IMG/VR virus record: IMGVR_UViG_3300030433_001432 | Location: 1-43,271 of that record | Source: a virus | Taxonomy: Duplodnaviria; Caudoviricetes | Strand: one strand, 5' to 3' | DNA length: 43,271 bases | Part shown: positions 8,122-15,463 of the stretch, piece by piece | Position numbering within the stretch: the first letter of the stretch is position 1 | How the letters are laid out: every line of letters begins with the position of its first letter | Notes under the pieces: generated by a model | The model's input: only the letters and a program-made list of their open reading frames with translations | The model's database searches: none | What the model was told of the DNA's origin: nothing | Translations under genes and position numbers: made by a program

Positions 8122-8512
8122 TCTCGATTATTACGTTTTCTTTTTGCGGTAGTATAAAAATACCACCTTGTACATTGTGGTCAACCTGCACCCTGTCAGT
8201 CTTACTAACACCTACTCTGTCTAGAATAGTTTGGGCTGCAGCAAGTTTTTGACTAGCTTGAGGTACAGGTCTATCAGAATCAATCATTTCGATTAACTTA
8301 AAAGCAGCCTTCGGTGCAGACTTGGCAAGTACATCCGAGGCTAAATCAACTACTTCATTTTTAAGTGATTTGATAACTTGATAGTGATTGCCTGAGTATC
8401 CTGCTAGTTCTGCAGCCTTTTTAAAGTCTCCTTTAGTTTCGACTAGATTGTCTAAAAAACTTTGTTGTTTCTCAGTTAAATTCTTCTTACGAGTTTCTGA
8501 TAAGTATGTCAT
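8093..8512 (-). CDS. Putative terminase small subunit
   Basis: N-terminal HTH LTEKQQSFL...KAAELAGYS and AAQTILDRVG, typical of TerS; first gene of the packaging arm. Confidence 0.7.
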   Translation of the reverse strand: MTYLSETRKKNLTEKQQSFLDNLVETKGDFKKAAELAGYSGNHYQVIKSLKNEVVDLASDVLAKSAPKAAFKLIEMIDSDRPVPQASQKLAAAQTILDRVGVSKTDRVQVDHNVQGGIFILPQKENVIIESDEYEDISD

Positions 8513-8520
8513 ACTATAAT

Positions 8521-8549
8521 ATTATAGAGACACTTTGCAAGTTTGTCAA
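8521..8549 (-). promoter_or_regulatory. Consensus sigma70 promoter for the packaging arm
   Basis: Minus strand TTGACA-17 nt-TATAAT, ending 8 nt upstream of the ATG at 8512. Confidence 0.85.
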
Positions 8550-8576
8550 GTTATTTTAAAATAAACACGAAAGGTC

Positions 8577-8605
8577 TTGACAAATGCTGAAAAAAAGTGT
8601 ACAAT
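8577..8605 (+). promoter_or_regulatory. Sigma70-type promoter, divergent
   Basis: TTGACA(8577)-17 nt-TACAAT(8600). Confidence 0.7.
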
Positions 8606-8665
8606 ATACTTGTATGCCACCCCGGTGCATACCTATAGAATAACACTATAGCTTATAGAGCTTTT

Positions 8666-8694
8666 AAAACCTTGTACAACGTACAGGGTTTTTT
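8666..8694 (+). terminator. Rho-independent terminator
   Basis: CCTTGTAC-AAC-GTACAGGG stem followed by T6. Confidence 0.65.
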
Positions 8695-8723
8695 ATTATA
8701 TAACCAGTGTGAGTTTTATTATA

Positions 8724-9100
8724 AAACTTTATAAAGTTTAGGGCAACTGGTTAATACCTAAACTAGGTTGAAATGTATGAGTTTTATATATATATACGGG
8801 TAGCCCCCCTGTACATCCTGCCCCGCCCTTATAACCAAACTTCAAAAACTTTGCAAGTCTTATAACCTTTAGGAATAAAGGATTTTCTTATATCACACTT
8901 TGAAAGTTTTGTCAATACTTTTTTTAAAAACTTCTCAAACTTTATAAAGTTATATAATTTCTTGTGCCGATTAAAATAAAACTTGACAAACTTTGTAAAG
9001 TGTGTATCTGGTTAATGCAATCTTGACACTTTGTAAAGTTTATTAAGTTTATTATTGTATCTACACTTCACAAAGTTTTTTAAAACTTTACAAAGTTTTT
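8724..9100. repeat. Cluster of imperfect palindromes, consensus ACTTTRYAAAGT
   Basis: Perfect AAACTTTATAAAGTTT at 8724-8739; variants near 8848, 8897, 8938, 8990, 9028, 9065 and 9085. Confidence 0.75.
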
Positions 9101-9111
9101 TAAAAAAACAC

Positions 9112-9141
9112 TTGACAATCTTTAAAAGTCTTTGCTAAAGT
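9112..9141 (+). promoter_or_regulatory. Putative early promoter
   Basis: TTGACA at 9112, 18-nt spacer, extended TGn-TAAAGT; upstream of the first plus-strand gene. Confidence 0.5.
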
Positions 9142-9205
9142 TACATCATCAATTAGCAATTAAGCCGATTGAGTAACGCACCAAAATGGTGCAAGGAGTT
9201 AAAAC

Positions 9206-9520
9206 ATGAAAACACAAGAAATAACAGCACTAAGTTACTTTTTAAAAGATTTAGAAGTAATCAAAAATATTTTTGAAAATACTTCTGAGACTTTTGATAA
9301 TGTTTCTTTTACGAAGATAGAAAACGATAGATATATACATCTTACTAACCCAGATACTTTTAAAGATACATCAATTTTTACTGAAGAATTTACAGAAGAT
9401 GGGTATAGAATTTATAGGGAATATAAAATAAAAGATTATTTTTGGAGTGATGAACCTTCAATAGAAAATGATTTAGATTTAGTATATATGCACAAAAAAT
9501 TAAAGAAGGAGGATAAATAA
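9206..9520 (+). CDS. Hypothetical early protein
   Basis: AAGGAG RBS; 104 aa; first gene of the plus arm. Confidence 0.75.
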   Translation: MKTQEITALSYFLKDLEVIKNIFENTSETFDNVSFTKIENDRYIHLTNPDTFKDTSIFTEEFTEDGYRIYREYKIKDYFWSDEPSIENDLDLVYMHKKLKKEDK

Positions 9521-9597
9521 TGGATACTTTAACGAGTACGCTGTCAGATTTAGATTTATTTGATGACTTAAATACAGATGATATAGTAATCCGATAA
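9520..9597 (+). CDS. 25-aa acidic peptide
   Basis: MDTLTSTLSDLDLFDDLNTDDIVIR; AGGAGG RBS; TAATG coupling; followed by a terminator. Confidence 0.5.
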   Translation: MDTLTSTLSDLDLFDDLNTDDIVIR

Positions 9598-9610
9598 GCT
9601 AACCAAAAGA

Positions 9611-9644
9611 AAAGCCCTCAATTCAAAAGATTGGGGGTTTTTTT
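9611..9644 (+). terminator. Rho-independent terminator
   Basis: GCCCTCAAT...ATTGGGGGT stem followed by a T-run. Confidence 0.75.
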
Positions 9645-9856
9645 ATGCCTTTTGGTTATATACCTTTTAAAGCTAAATAGAGCCATTCTAAGAGCCGAAA
9701 AGGTTTTTACATGGTTTAGTATCAAAAAAACTTTTTAAAGGTTTCTGTGAAAGTCAAGACTTCAAAACTTTTAGTTATAAATATATAGCTACAAAGTACT
9801 TTACAAAGTTTTAAAATTATGTAATAGTACACAATATAAATTAATGAGGTTTAACA

Positions 9857-10087
9857 ATGATTAAAAAGTTAACACTGAAAGAAAAAAAGAGATTGAAAAA
9901 GAAACACAACGAGTTAAATTTTAAAATCTCTAATAAAGAAGCTATCAAAATTATTAAGCTTAAATCTTCAAAGAATGATTTCTTTAATAACTTTGATACG
10001 CATAAGAGAAACGCTAATCCTTTGACATATTGGTTAGCAGTAGAAGAAAGTAAAGAACTTAATAAACTTTCTAATCTTTGGGGTTAA
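9857..10087 (+). CDS. Hypothetical basic protein
   Basis: GAGGT RBS; 76 aa. Confidence 0.7.
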   Translation: MIKKLTLKEKKRLKKKHNELNFKISNKEAIKIIKLKSSKNDFFNNFDTHKRNANPLTYWLAVEESKELNKLSNLWG

Positions 10088-10129
10088 GTCTTATAACTTT
10101 TAGTAATAAGATTATAAGTACAAAGTATT

Positions 10130-10158
10130 GGACAGATTGAAAAAAGTTTAGTATAGTA
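10130..10158 (+). promoter_or_regulatory. Putative sigma70 promoter for ardA
   Basis: TGGACA-17 nt-TATAGT. Confidence 0.55.
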
Positions 10159-10223
10159 CAATAATAAATAACAGCGAAAAAAACCAACGTGTTCGAAGCT
10201 GTTAAAAACAAAAGAGGTAAATT

Positions 10224-10733
10224 ATGACAATTAAAATATATGTAGCTTCTTTGGAAGCATATAATGCTGGTCGCATGGTTGGTGATTGGCTAACGCCTAG
10301 CGATTTTTCAGACTTTGAAAAGTTTAATAATGCTATTCAAATCGCCACTGAATACGCTGATGAGGTAGCCGTACATGACTATGACGGCATAAATTTAAAT
10401 AATGAGTATCCAAATTTTGAAGACCTTTATGAGTTTTGCAAAGCTTTAGAAGATGCAGATGAACATATGCGTGAGCCAATAATAGCTTACGCAGAAAATG
10501 CTTACGAGGATTTAAACCCTGATATAGTAACTAAAGCAGAAGATTATTATGTAGGTACTTACAGTAGCTTTCAAGAGTATGCAGACGATTATGCAAATGA
10601 AATCTTATTAAGTAATGCAGATGATTTTATCAAAGGTTATTTTGATTACGAGAGCCATGCTAGAGATTTAGAATATAATTACATGATATGTGATGTATCA
10701 GATTATAACGTAGCAATTTTCAGTAATTGTTAA
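10224..10733 (+). CDS. ardA: Antirestriction protein ArdA (DNA mimic)
   Basis: IYVASLEAYNAGRMVGDWL, HDYD and YFDYESHARDL motifs; highly acidic. Confidence 0.9.
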   Translation: MTIKIYVASLEAYNAGRMVGDWLTPSDFSDFEKFNNAIQIATEYADEVAVHDYDGINLNNEYPNFEDLYEFCKALEDADEHMREPIIAYAENAYEDLNPDIVTKAEDYYVGTYSSFQEYADDYANEILLSNADDFIKGYFDYESHARDLEYNYMICDVSDYNVAIFSNC

Positions 10734-10757
10734 GACTATTAGACAAAGGAAAGAAGT

Positions 10758-10925
10758 ATGAAAAAAATAATAGACAGTTTTAAAATCTTCATAGAAGATA
10801 TAAAAATTATGACTAGCCAAAGTTGGATGGACTGGATTAATTGGTATGTATTAAAACCACTTGTCCTATTAGTGTGTTTAGTTTTAGTTTTAGTTATAAC
10901 TCAAAGTTATATGCTTATACTATGA
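10758..10925 (+). CDS. Small membrane protein (55 aa)
   Basis: MKKIIDSFKIFIEDIKIMTSQSWMDWINWYVLKPLVLLVCLVLVLVITQSYMLIL; AAGGA RBS. Confidence 0.55.
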   Translation: MKKIIDSFKIFIEDIKIMTSQSWMDWINWYVLKPLVLLVCLVLVLVITQSYMLIL

Positions 10926-10997
10926 AGTTATGATTTATATACTTTTAAATTCATTGCTGTATAAAGGTATATATAACTTTTAAACAAGAGGTGTAAT

Positions 10998-11159
10998 ATG
11001 TATGTAGGTTATGACTTTAATGGAATTGTTCGAGTGTGGGGAACTACTGAAAAAGAATGTGAACTAGCACGAGAAGAATATTTAAATAACAAATCTAAGT
11101 TGTGGGTTTATAAAAATGGGAAACCATTACCACACTTAGCAATAAAAAAAGTGAGGTAA
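10998..11159 (+). CDS. Hypothetical protein (53 aa)
   Basis: GAGGTG RBS; MYVGYDFNGIVRVWGTTEKECE... Confidence 0.65.
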   Translation: MYVGYDFNGIVRVWGTTEKECELAREEYLNNKSKLWVYKNGKPLPHLAIKKVR

Positions 11160-11162
11160 AAT

Positions 11163-11354
11163 ATGTTAAATATAAAAACATTTGAGGGTAATAATTTTCT
11201 AGGCACTAAGTACGTGCATATTAAATTGTTAGGTTTTAAATTTAGAGTTGGGTTTCATGTGCGAACTAAACTCAAGAAGATAAATACCTATGCTACTGGT
11301 AGAGGTAGAGTCTTTAATTTAGGCAGAGGTTATATCTGTTTTATGAGAGGGTAA
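11163..11354 (+). CDS. Hypothetical basic protein
   Basis: GAGGT RBS; 63 aa. Confidence 0.7.
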   Translation: MLNIKTFEGNNFLGTKYVHIKLLGFKFRVGFHVRTKLKKINTYATGRGRVFNLGRGYICFMRG

Positions 11355-11356
11355 TT

Positions 11357-11587
11357 ATGTTAAATAAAATATTAAAAAAGTTTTTAGGTGTCAATCAATT
11401 AGAGGATGACTTAACTAAAATGGATGAAGAACTGCAAGACAGTATTCAACGAATGGATTGTGTAGAAGTTTCAGTTGAGGACAGAGCATACGAGTATGAC
11501 TTGGAAAGCTTACGAGAAAATGTAATTGAGTTAGAGCAAAAGATTGAAGAGCTAGAAGGCAAGTTAAAATCTTTGAAGGTCGCATGA
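11357..11587 (+). CDS. Hypothetical coiled-coil protein
   Basis: Acidic heptad pattern; ATGA coupling to the next gene. Confidence 0.7.
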   Translation: MLNKILKKFLGVNQLEDDLTKMDEELQDSIQRMDCVEVSVEDRAYEYDLESLRENVIELEQKIEELEGKLKSLKVA

Positions 11588-11850
11588 GTATAGATAATAA
11601 AGGAATACATTTTGCAGATGAACTACATAAGATAGTTGATATGATAAGAACAAGTGAAGATGATTTTCTCAACTCTTATTCTTACTTATCAAAAGAAGAT
11701 TATGATGAAACAATTAAGTTTATTTTGAACTTAATTAAAGACCATTGGCAAAAGAAATATCCTGAATATGTACTTAAAGAAGTTATTGATATAGATACCT
11801 TTGATGAAATGTTTGGAGATATTTATAGTCTAGGTAAGGAGGAAGCATGA
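11584..11850 (+). CDS. Hypothetical protein
   Basis: ATGA overlaps at both ends. Confidence 0.7.
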   Translation: MSIDNKGIHFADELHKIVDMIRTSEDDFLNSYSYLSKEDYDETIKFILNLIKDHWQKKYPEYVLKEVIDIDTFDEMFGDIYSLGKEEA

Positions 11851-12032
11851 GTAATGATGTAAATGATAATGTATGGGAATACATTTGGGAAGAGGTAGAG
11901 CAGATGTCTTTGGAGGAAGTAAAAGAATTCTTATTGAGTAATTTACATTCTCGAGAAGAAGTAACAAGACTTAACGAGGTTGAATTGCGAGAGGCAGTTG
12001 CCGAAGATATGTTTAATTTAAGAGGTGTATAA
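11847..12032 (+). CDS. Hypothetical acidic protein
   Basis: AGGAGG RBS; 61 aa. Confidence 0.7.
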   Translation: MSNDVNDNVWEYIWEEVEQMSLEEVKEFLLSNLHSREEVTRLNEVELREAVAEDMFNLRGV

Positions 12033-12199
12033 TGAAAAGTTGGACAAGCGTAATAACCTATTCGGTATTTGATATGGGTTCTGAATTTGAAACCAAAGAA
12101 GAATATATAGAATGGGTTAAACAATCATTTTGGGAAGAACATGGTATTAAATTAACTGATAATGAAATATCAGAGATAGAATGTGAGGAGGTCGCATGA
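12032..12199 (+). CDS. Hypothetical acidic protein (55 aa)
   Basis: MKSWTSVITYSVFDMGSEFETKEEYIEWVKQSFWEEHG...; GAGGTG RBS; fills the gap with coupled start/stop. Confidence 0.65.
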   Translation: MKSWTSVITYSVFDMGSEFETKEEYIEWVKQSFWEEHGIKLTDNEISEIECEEVA

Positions 12200-12498
12200 C
12201 AGATGTTAGATATGTAGAAGCAAAGTATGATACCACTATCATGTGGGATATTGAAAGGATTGCTGAATACGAAGGCTTTGAACTTGAAGATATTGAAAAG
12301 GTTGAAGTAGGTAAGTGGGTTGAATTACACATTACGTTAAAAGACGGCACGTTTATTTCAACACAAATGACGCCTGAATTAGATAATACAGATTGGAAGT
12401 GGTCGTCAATGGACTCTTATCTTGATGAAGACTGGAATCCAATAGACGAGGATGAACTTTTCCCTGACACTTACATAGAGGAGGAAGTAAATGGATAA
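12196..12498 (+). CDS. Hypothetical acidic protein
   Basis: GAGGAGG RBS; 100 aa. Confidence 0.75.
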   Translation: MTDVRYVEAKYDTTIMWDIERIAEYEGFELEDIEKVEVGKWVELHITLKDGTFISTQMTPELDNTDWKWSSMDSYLDEDWNPIDEDELFPDTYIEEEVNG

Positions 12499-12634
12499 GA
12501 TAGAAATGATTGATGAAATACAATCTATTTGTAAAGTTAATAAAAACAATCCTTATTGTTCTGTTTATTGGTTAGCAGATATGATTAAGGAAATAGTAGA
12601 TAGCATAGATTTAACAGAAGATAACAGAACTTAG
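12491..12634 (+). CDS. Hypothetical protein (47 aa)
   Basis: MDKIEMIDEIQSICKVNKNNPYCSVYWLADMIKEIVDSIDLTEDNRT; GAGGAGG RBS. Confidence 0.6.
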   Translation: MDKIEMIDEIQSICKVNKNNPYCSVYWLADMIKEIVDSIDLTEDNRT

Positions 12635-12642
12635 GAGGAGAT

Positions 12643-12771
12643 ATGAGTAAAAAAAATAATAAAATATTTGAAAAAAAATTAAAAGATAAATTAAAAAAAG
12701 AAGGCATTAACGAAGATTGGATGAAAAAACATCTAATCATTGATGTAGATTTAATGGAGGATAAAAAATGA
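12643..12771 (+). CDS. Hypothetical protein (42 aa)
   Basis: AGGAGG RBS; MSKKNNKIFEKKLKDKLKKEGINEDWMKKHL... Confidence 0.6.
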   Translation: MSKKNNKIFEKKLKDKLKKEGINEDWMKKHLIIDVDLMEDKK

Positions 12772-12977
12772 GTAAAGATATTGGTGAACAATTTGCCATG
12801 ATGAATGAGGTGTCGGCTAAGATTTCTCAGAAAACTTTTGACAAGTTTGTTGCAGAGGCAATGGCTGAGTTTAAGAGAGACCCTGACCTATGCCATAAGT
12901 CTGACTTAGAAGTGTATGAATTTATAACAGCTAAGATTGCTGAAATACTTGATATGCACTATGACGGAGAATTATAA
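12768..12977 (+). CDS. Hypothetical protein
   Basis: GGAGG RBS; ATGA coupling. Confidence 0.7.
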   Translation: MSKDIGEQFAMMNEVSAKISQKTFDKFVAEAMAEFKRDPDLCHKSDLEVYEFITAKIAEILDMHYDGEL

Positions 12978-13201
12978 TGTCGTGGGTATTGATAGCATTT
13001 TTTAATATACCAGTAACAGCAGTTTTACTGGAAGATGTACATATCTTTGAGTTTCTTTTCAAGACTGAACAAGATTGTGAAAAATTTATTATTGAGAATA
13101 GAAAAGGTTTAGAACAAGTAATCAAAGATGAATATAAAACGTTTGCTAAATCATTTGTGTGTGTCGATGCTGATAGAATTTTAGATGCATTGACTAAGTG
13201 A
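12977..13201 (+). CDS. Hypothetical protein with N-terminal hydrophobic segment
   Basis: Signal-like N-terminus; F.TEQDCE and FVCV motifs. Confidence 0.65.
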   Translation: MSWVLIAFFNIPVTAVLLEDVHIFEFLFKTEQDCEKFIIENRKGLEQVIKDEYKTFAKSFVCVDADRILDALTK

Positions 13202-13353
13202 TTTAAGGCAGTGTTAACTAGAGAATATAGGGTAGGTCATAAATATAATTATCGTCTGTTAGAGGGCTTGTATGGAAGCGACAGAGGTATTTTATTTCCT
13301 ACCCTAACCTAAGTTTAACACATATTAATTTAATAATTAACATAAAAATAAAT

Positions 13354-13382
13354 TTGACAAGAACAAAAAAGTATGATACAAT
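13354..13382 (+). promoter_or_regulatory. Sigma70 promoter
   Basis: TTGACA-17 nt-TACAAT with extended TG. Confidence 0.75.
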
Positions 13383-13472
13383 CTTTATAACTTTTATAAA
13401 TATATTATAATAAATATTATTATAATTATATTATAAAACTTTATAAAACTTTATAATAATAATGAGGTAACT

Positions 13473-13583
13473 ATGGAAGATAAAATAAAAACAGTAGATG
13501 AAGTTGTTGATGAATGGTATGATGAAGCACCAATCATTGATACTGATTCTGATTCTACAGAGGTTTATAGCTATGACATTTGA
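13473..13583 (+). CDS. 36-aa acidic peptide
   Basis: GAGGT RBS; MEDKIKTVDEVVDEWYDEAPIIDTDSDSTEVYSYDI. Confidence 0.55.
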   Translation: MEDKIKTVDEVVDEWYDEAPIIDTDSDSTEVYSYDI

Positions 13584-13725
13584 ACAGTTTGCTAAAGACA
13601 TGTACTATGAAAATAGAAATGAACGTAGAGAGTATGGCGAAAAACTTTATGATACTTTTGAGGATTACTTTGAAAACAATAAAAGTTTTTTAATGGATAT
13701 TTATAGGAAACATTATGGCGGTTAA
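13573..13725 (+). CDS. Hypothetical protein (50 aa)
   Basis: Likely real start MTFEQFAKDMYYEN with GAGGT RBS; the track start at 13498 looks over-extended. Confidence 0.65.
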   Translation: MTFEQFAKDMYYENRNERREYGEKLYDTFEDYFENNKSFLMDIYRKHYGG

Positions 13726-13873
13726 GAAAGAAGTAGGATTAATCAAGCACGTAAAGAAATCAACTTCACAAGGTTTGGCAGGTCGTGGTAGAAAGGTTAA
13801 ACAATCTACCAAGCACATGAATAAACATAAAAGGTTGCAGAGTAAAGTTAGATATAGAGGACAAGGCAGATGA
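13715..13873 (+). CDS. Basic peptide ending in YRGQGR (52 aa)
   Basis: MAVKKEVGLIKHVKKSTSQG...MNKHKRLQSKVRYRGQGR. Confidence 0.7.
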   Translation: MAVKKEVGLIKHVKKSTSQGLAGRGRKVKQSTKHMNKHKRLQSKVRYRGQGR

Positions 13874-14001
13874 TAGAACTATTAATAGTGTTATTAGTAT
13901 TCATAGGCAGTACCACGTTTGTTTTGTTTGGTTTATCTGGTGGCTTTGAAAAAACTTTTAGTAGAAAAAAGAAATCAGATAAAGAACAAGGCGGTTGGTA
14001 A
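13870..14001 (+). CDS. Small membrane protein (43 aa)
   Basis: MIELLIVLLVFIGSTTFVLFGL...; ATGA coupling. Confidence 0.55.
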   Translation: MIELLIVLLVFIGSTTFVLFGLSGGFEKTFSRKKKSDKEQGGW

Positions 14002-14336
14002 TGGCACAAGTACATGAAATGATTTACATGCTGATGACCAATGGCGAGTATATTTATGGAACTAATTTAGATATTGGCAGATATAGTGTGGAACATAACT
14101 GCGAATGCCAACGTGAGTTTGACCATGTGCCACCATGTAAGTTAGAAGGACAAGGAGGATACTCAGAGGGCTCAAAAGCATTTAAGTATGTAGGTAAAGA
14201 CCACGACCCAATGACACATTCACATCCACCAAGTAGAGAAGAACTGCACATTGATGCATGGGGTAAAAAAGTTTTTAAGAAAACTAACGGTTGGAATTAT
14301 GAAACTGGAGAATTTATTTATAATGAAAAATGGTAG
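13995..14336 (+). CDS. Hypothetical protein
   Basis: About 111 aa; likely start at ATG 14001. Confidence 0.7.
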   Translation: MVMAQVHEMIYMLMTNGEYIYGTNLDIGRYSVEHNCECQREFDHVPPCKLEGQGGYSEGSKAFKYVGKDHDPMTHSHPPSREELHIDAWGKKVFKKTNGWNYETGEFIYNEKW

Positions 14337-14345
14337 AGGTAAATT

Positions 14346-14483
14346 ATGTATGATGGCTATTTATTAATTTTTTGTATAGTTACATTTACTATAGCAATGG
14401 CATTGATATTTGTTTTACAACCCAATGAACCAAAAAAATTTGACAAGCAGGGAATGGTAAAATATAATGACAATGATTATTAA
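14346..14483 (+). CDS. Small membrane protein (45 aa)
   Basis: GAGGT RBS; single TM segment YLLIFCIVTFTIAMALIFVL. Confidence 0.6.
   Translation: MYDGYLLIFCIVTFTIAMALIFVLQPNEPKKFDKQGMVKYNDNDY
14440..14468 (+). promoter_or_regulatory. Consensus sigma70 promoter
   Basis: TTGACA-17 nt-TATAAT upstream of the glycosylase gene. Confidence 0.75.
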
Positions 14484-14492
14484 GGAGGAAGG

Positions 14493-15002
14493 ATGAACAT
14501 ATTTTATTTTAATCACAGCCCGATAACTTCGGCAGAAGCACAGCCAGATAAAATGCTAGTGAAGATGCCGTTGGAAACAGCACAGATGTTATGCACAGCA
14601 CATAGAGAACTGGATGGCGATGAGTATGCAGATGAAGTAGGACTTTACAAAAGAGCATACTGGAATCATCCTTGTACTATTTGGGCAAGAGAATCTAGTC
14701 AAAATTATTCATGGCTGTATGCACACTTTCTAGCACTAGGTACGGAGTACACTTTTCGCTATGGAAAAGAACATGCAAGTGTTGTTAAGTTAGCAAAACC
14801 TTTAATGCAGTTTCCAAAGAATATAAAGCAGGGCGAAATGACACCACTAGCACAAGCTATGCCTGATGAATACAAGCATGAAGACCCTATCATTGCCTAT
14901 CGTAGATATGTTATTAACGAAAAGCACTATGCCAAGTGGGAAAAAGGTAGGTCAAAACCTAAGTGGTGGAATAAAAATTATGCAGAAGTACTTGCAATTT
15001 AA
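14493..15002 (+). CDS. Pyrimidine-dimer DNA glycosylase / endonuclease V-like protein
   Basis: MNIFY..DK..VKMPLETAQML, NHPCTIWARES, EYTFRYGKEH and AMPDEYK motifs. Confidence 0.85.
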   Translation: MNIFYFNHSPITSAEAQPDKMLVKMPLETAQMLCTAHRELDGDEYADEVGLYKRAYWNHPCTIWARESSQNYSWLYAHFLALGTEYTFRYGKEHASVVKLAKPLMQFPKNIKQGEMTPLAQAMPDEYKHEDPIIAYRRYVINEKHYAKWEKGRSKPKWWNKNYAEVLAI

Positions 15003-15020
15003 TTAAAAGTATGGTATAAT
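14992..15020 (+). promoter_or_regulatory. Sigma70 promoter
   Basis: TTGCAA-17 nt-TATAAT with extended TG. Confidence 0.7.
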
Positions 15021-15033
15021 GTAGGACTAAATT

Positions 15034-15234
15034 ATGAAAGCACAAAGAGATATATTTTATTCAACAACAAAACAAGTCACTGAAGACGAGTACAAAAGGT
15101 TTGTAGATTATGTTTATGATAACTACGAGGAATGGTACGAGCATAAAGTTTGTTATGAAGTTTCTAAAACTAATAGCAATTACTTCGTGACATTGTATGG
15201 TAATGAGATTGTCACTTTCAATGACATCTTTTAA
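15034..15234 (+). CDS. Hypothetical protein
   Basis: 66 aa; AGGA RBS downstream of a promoter. Confidence 0.7.
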   Translation: MKAQRDIFYSTTKQVTEDEYKRFVDYVYDNYEEWYEHKVCYEVSKTNSNYFVTLYGNEIVTFNDIF

Positions 15235-15445
15235 TTGACATGGTAGCCCTCAATAAAACCTTCCTAACCATGTTAATGTGTCTTGCAAAAAGACAAGCGA
15301 GTTTGAGGTCTCGGAAAAAACCTCACAGAATTTAACACTTGTGCCGGCATTGTTTTGTCAAGCTGGGTGAGTAAGGTGGTAGTAGTCAGAATGGTACTGC
15401 AGATATTGTAGGAGAAATAGCCACCTACACTACTACTGCCACCGA
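15234..15445 (+). ncRNA. Candidate structured RNA (multiple stems plus H-type pseudoknot)
   Basis: GC-richer intergenic region. Stems at 15234-44/15267-77 and 15279-84/15290-95. Pseudoknot CGAG/CTCG plus TGAGGT/ACCTCA. Long stem GGTGGTAGTAGT/ACTACTGCCACC. Confidence 0.55.
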
Positions 15446-15463
15446 CAGATTTAAAGAGGGAGT

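Noticed and set aside
8700-9140. CRISPR array
   Set aside because: Repeats are short, degenerate and irregularly spaced; the Cas4-like nuclease sits in a replication context
15290-15445. tmRNA (the pseudoknot resembles PK1)
   Set aside because: No tRNA-like acceptor or T arm, no CCA end and no tag reading frame
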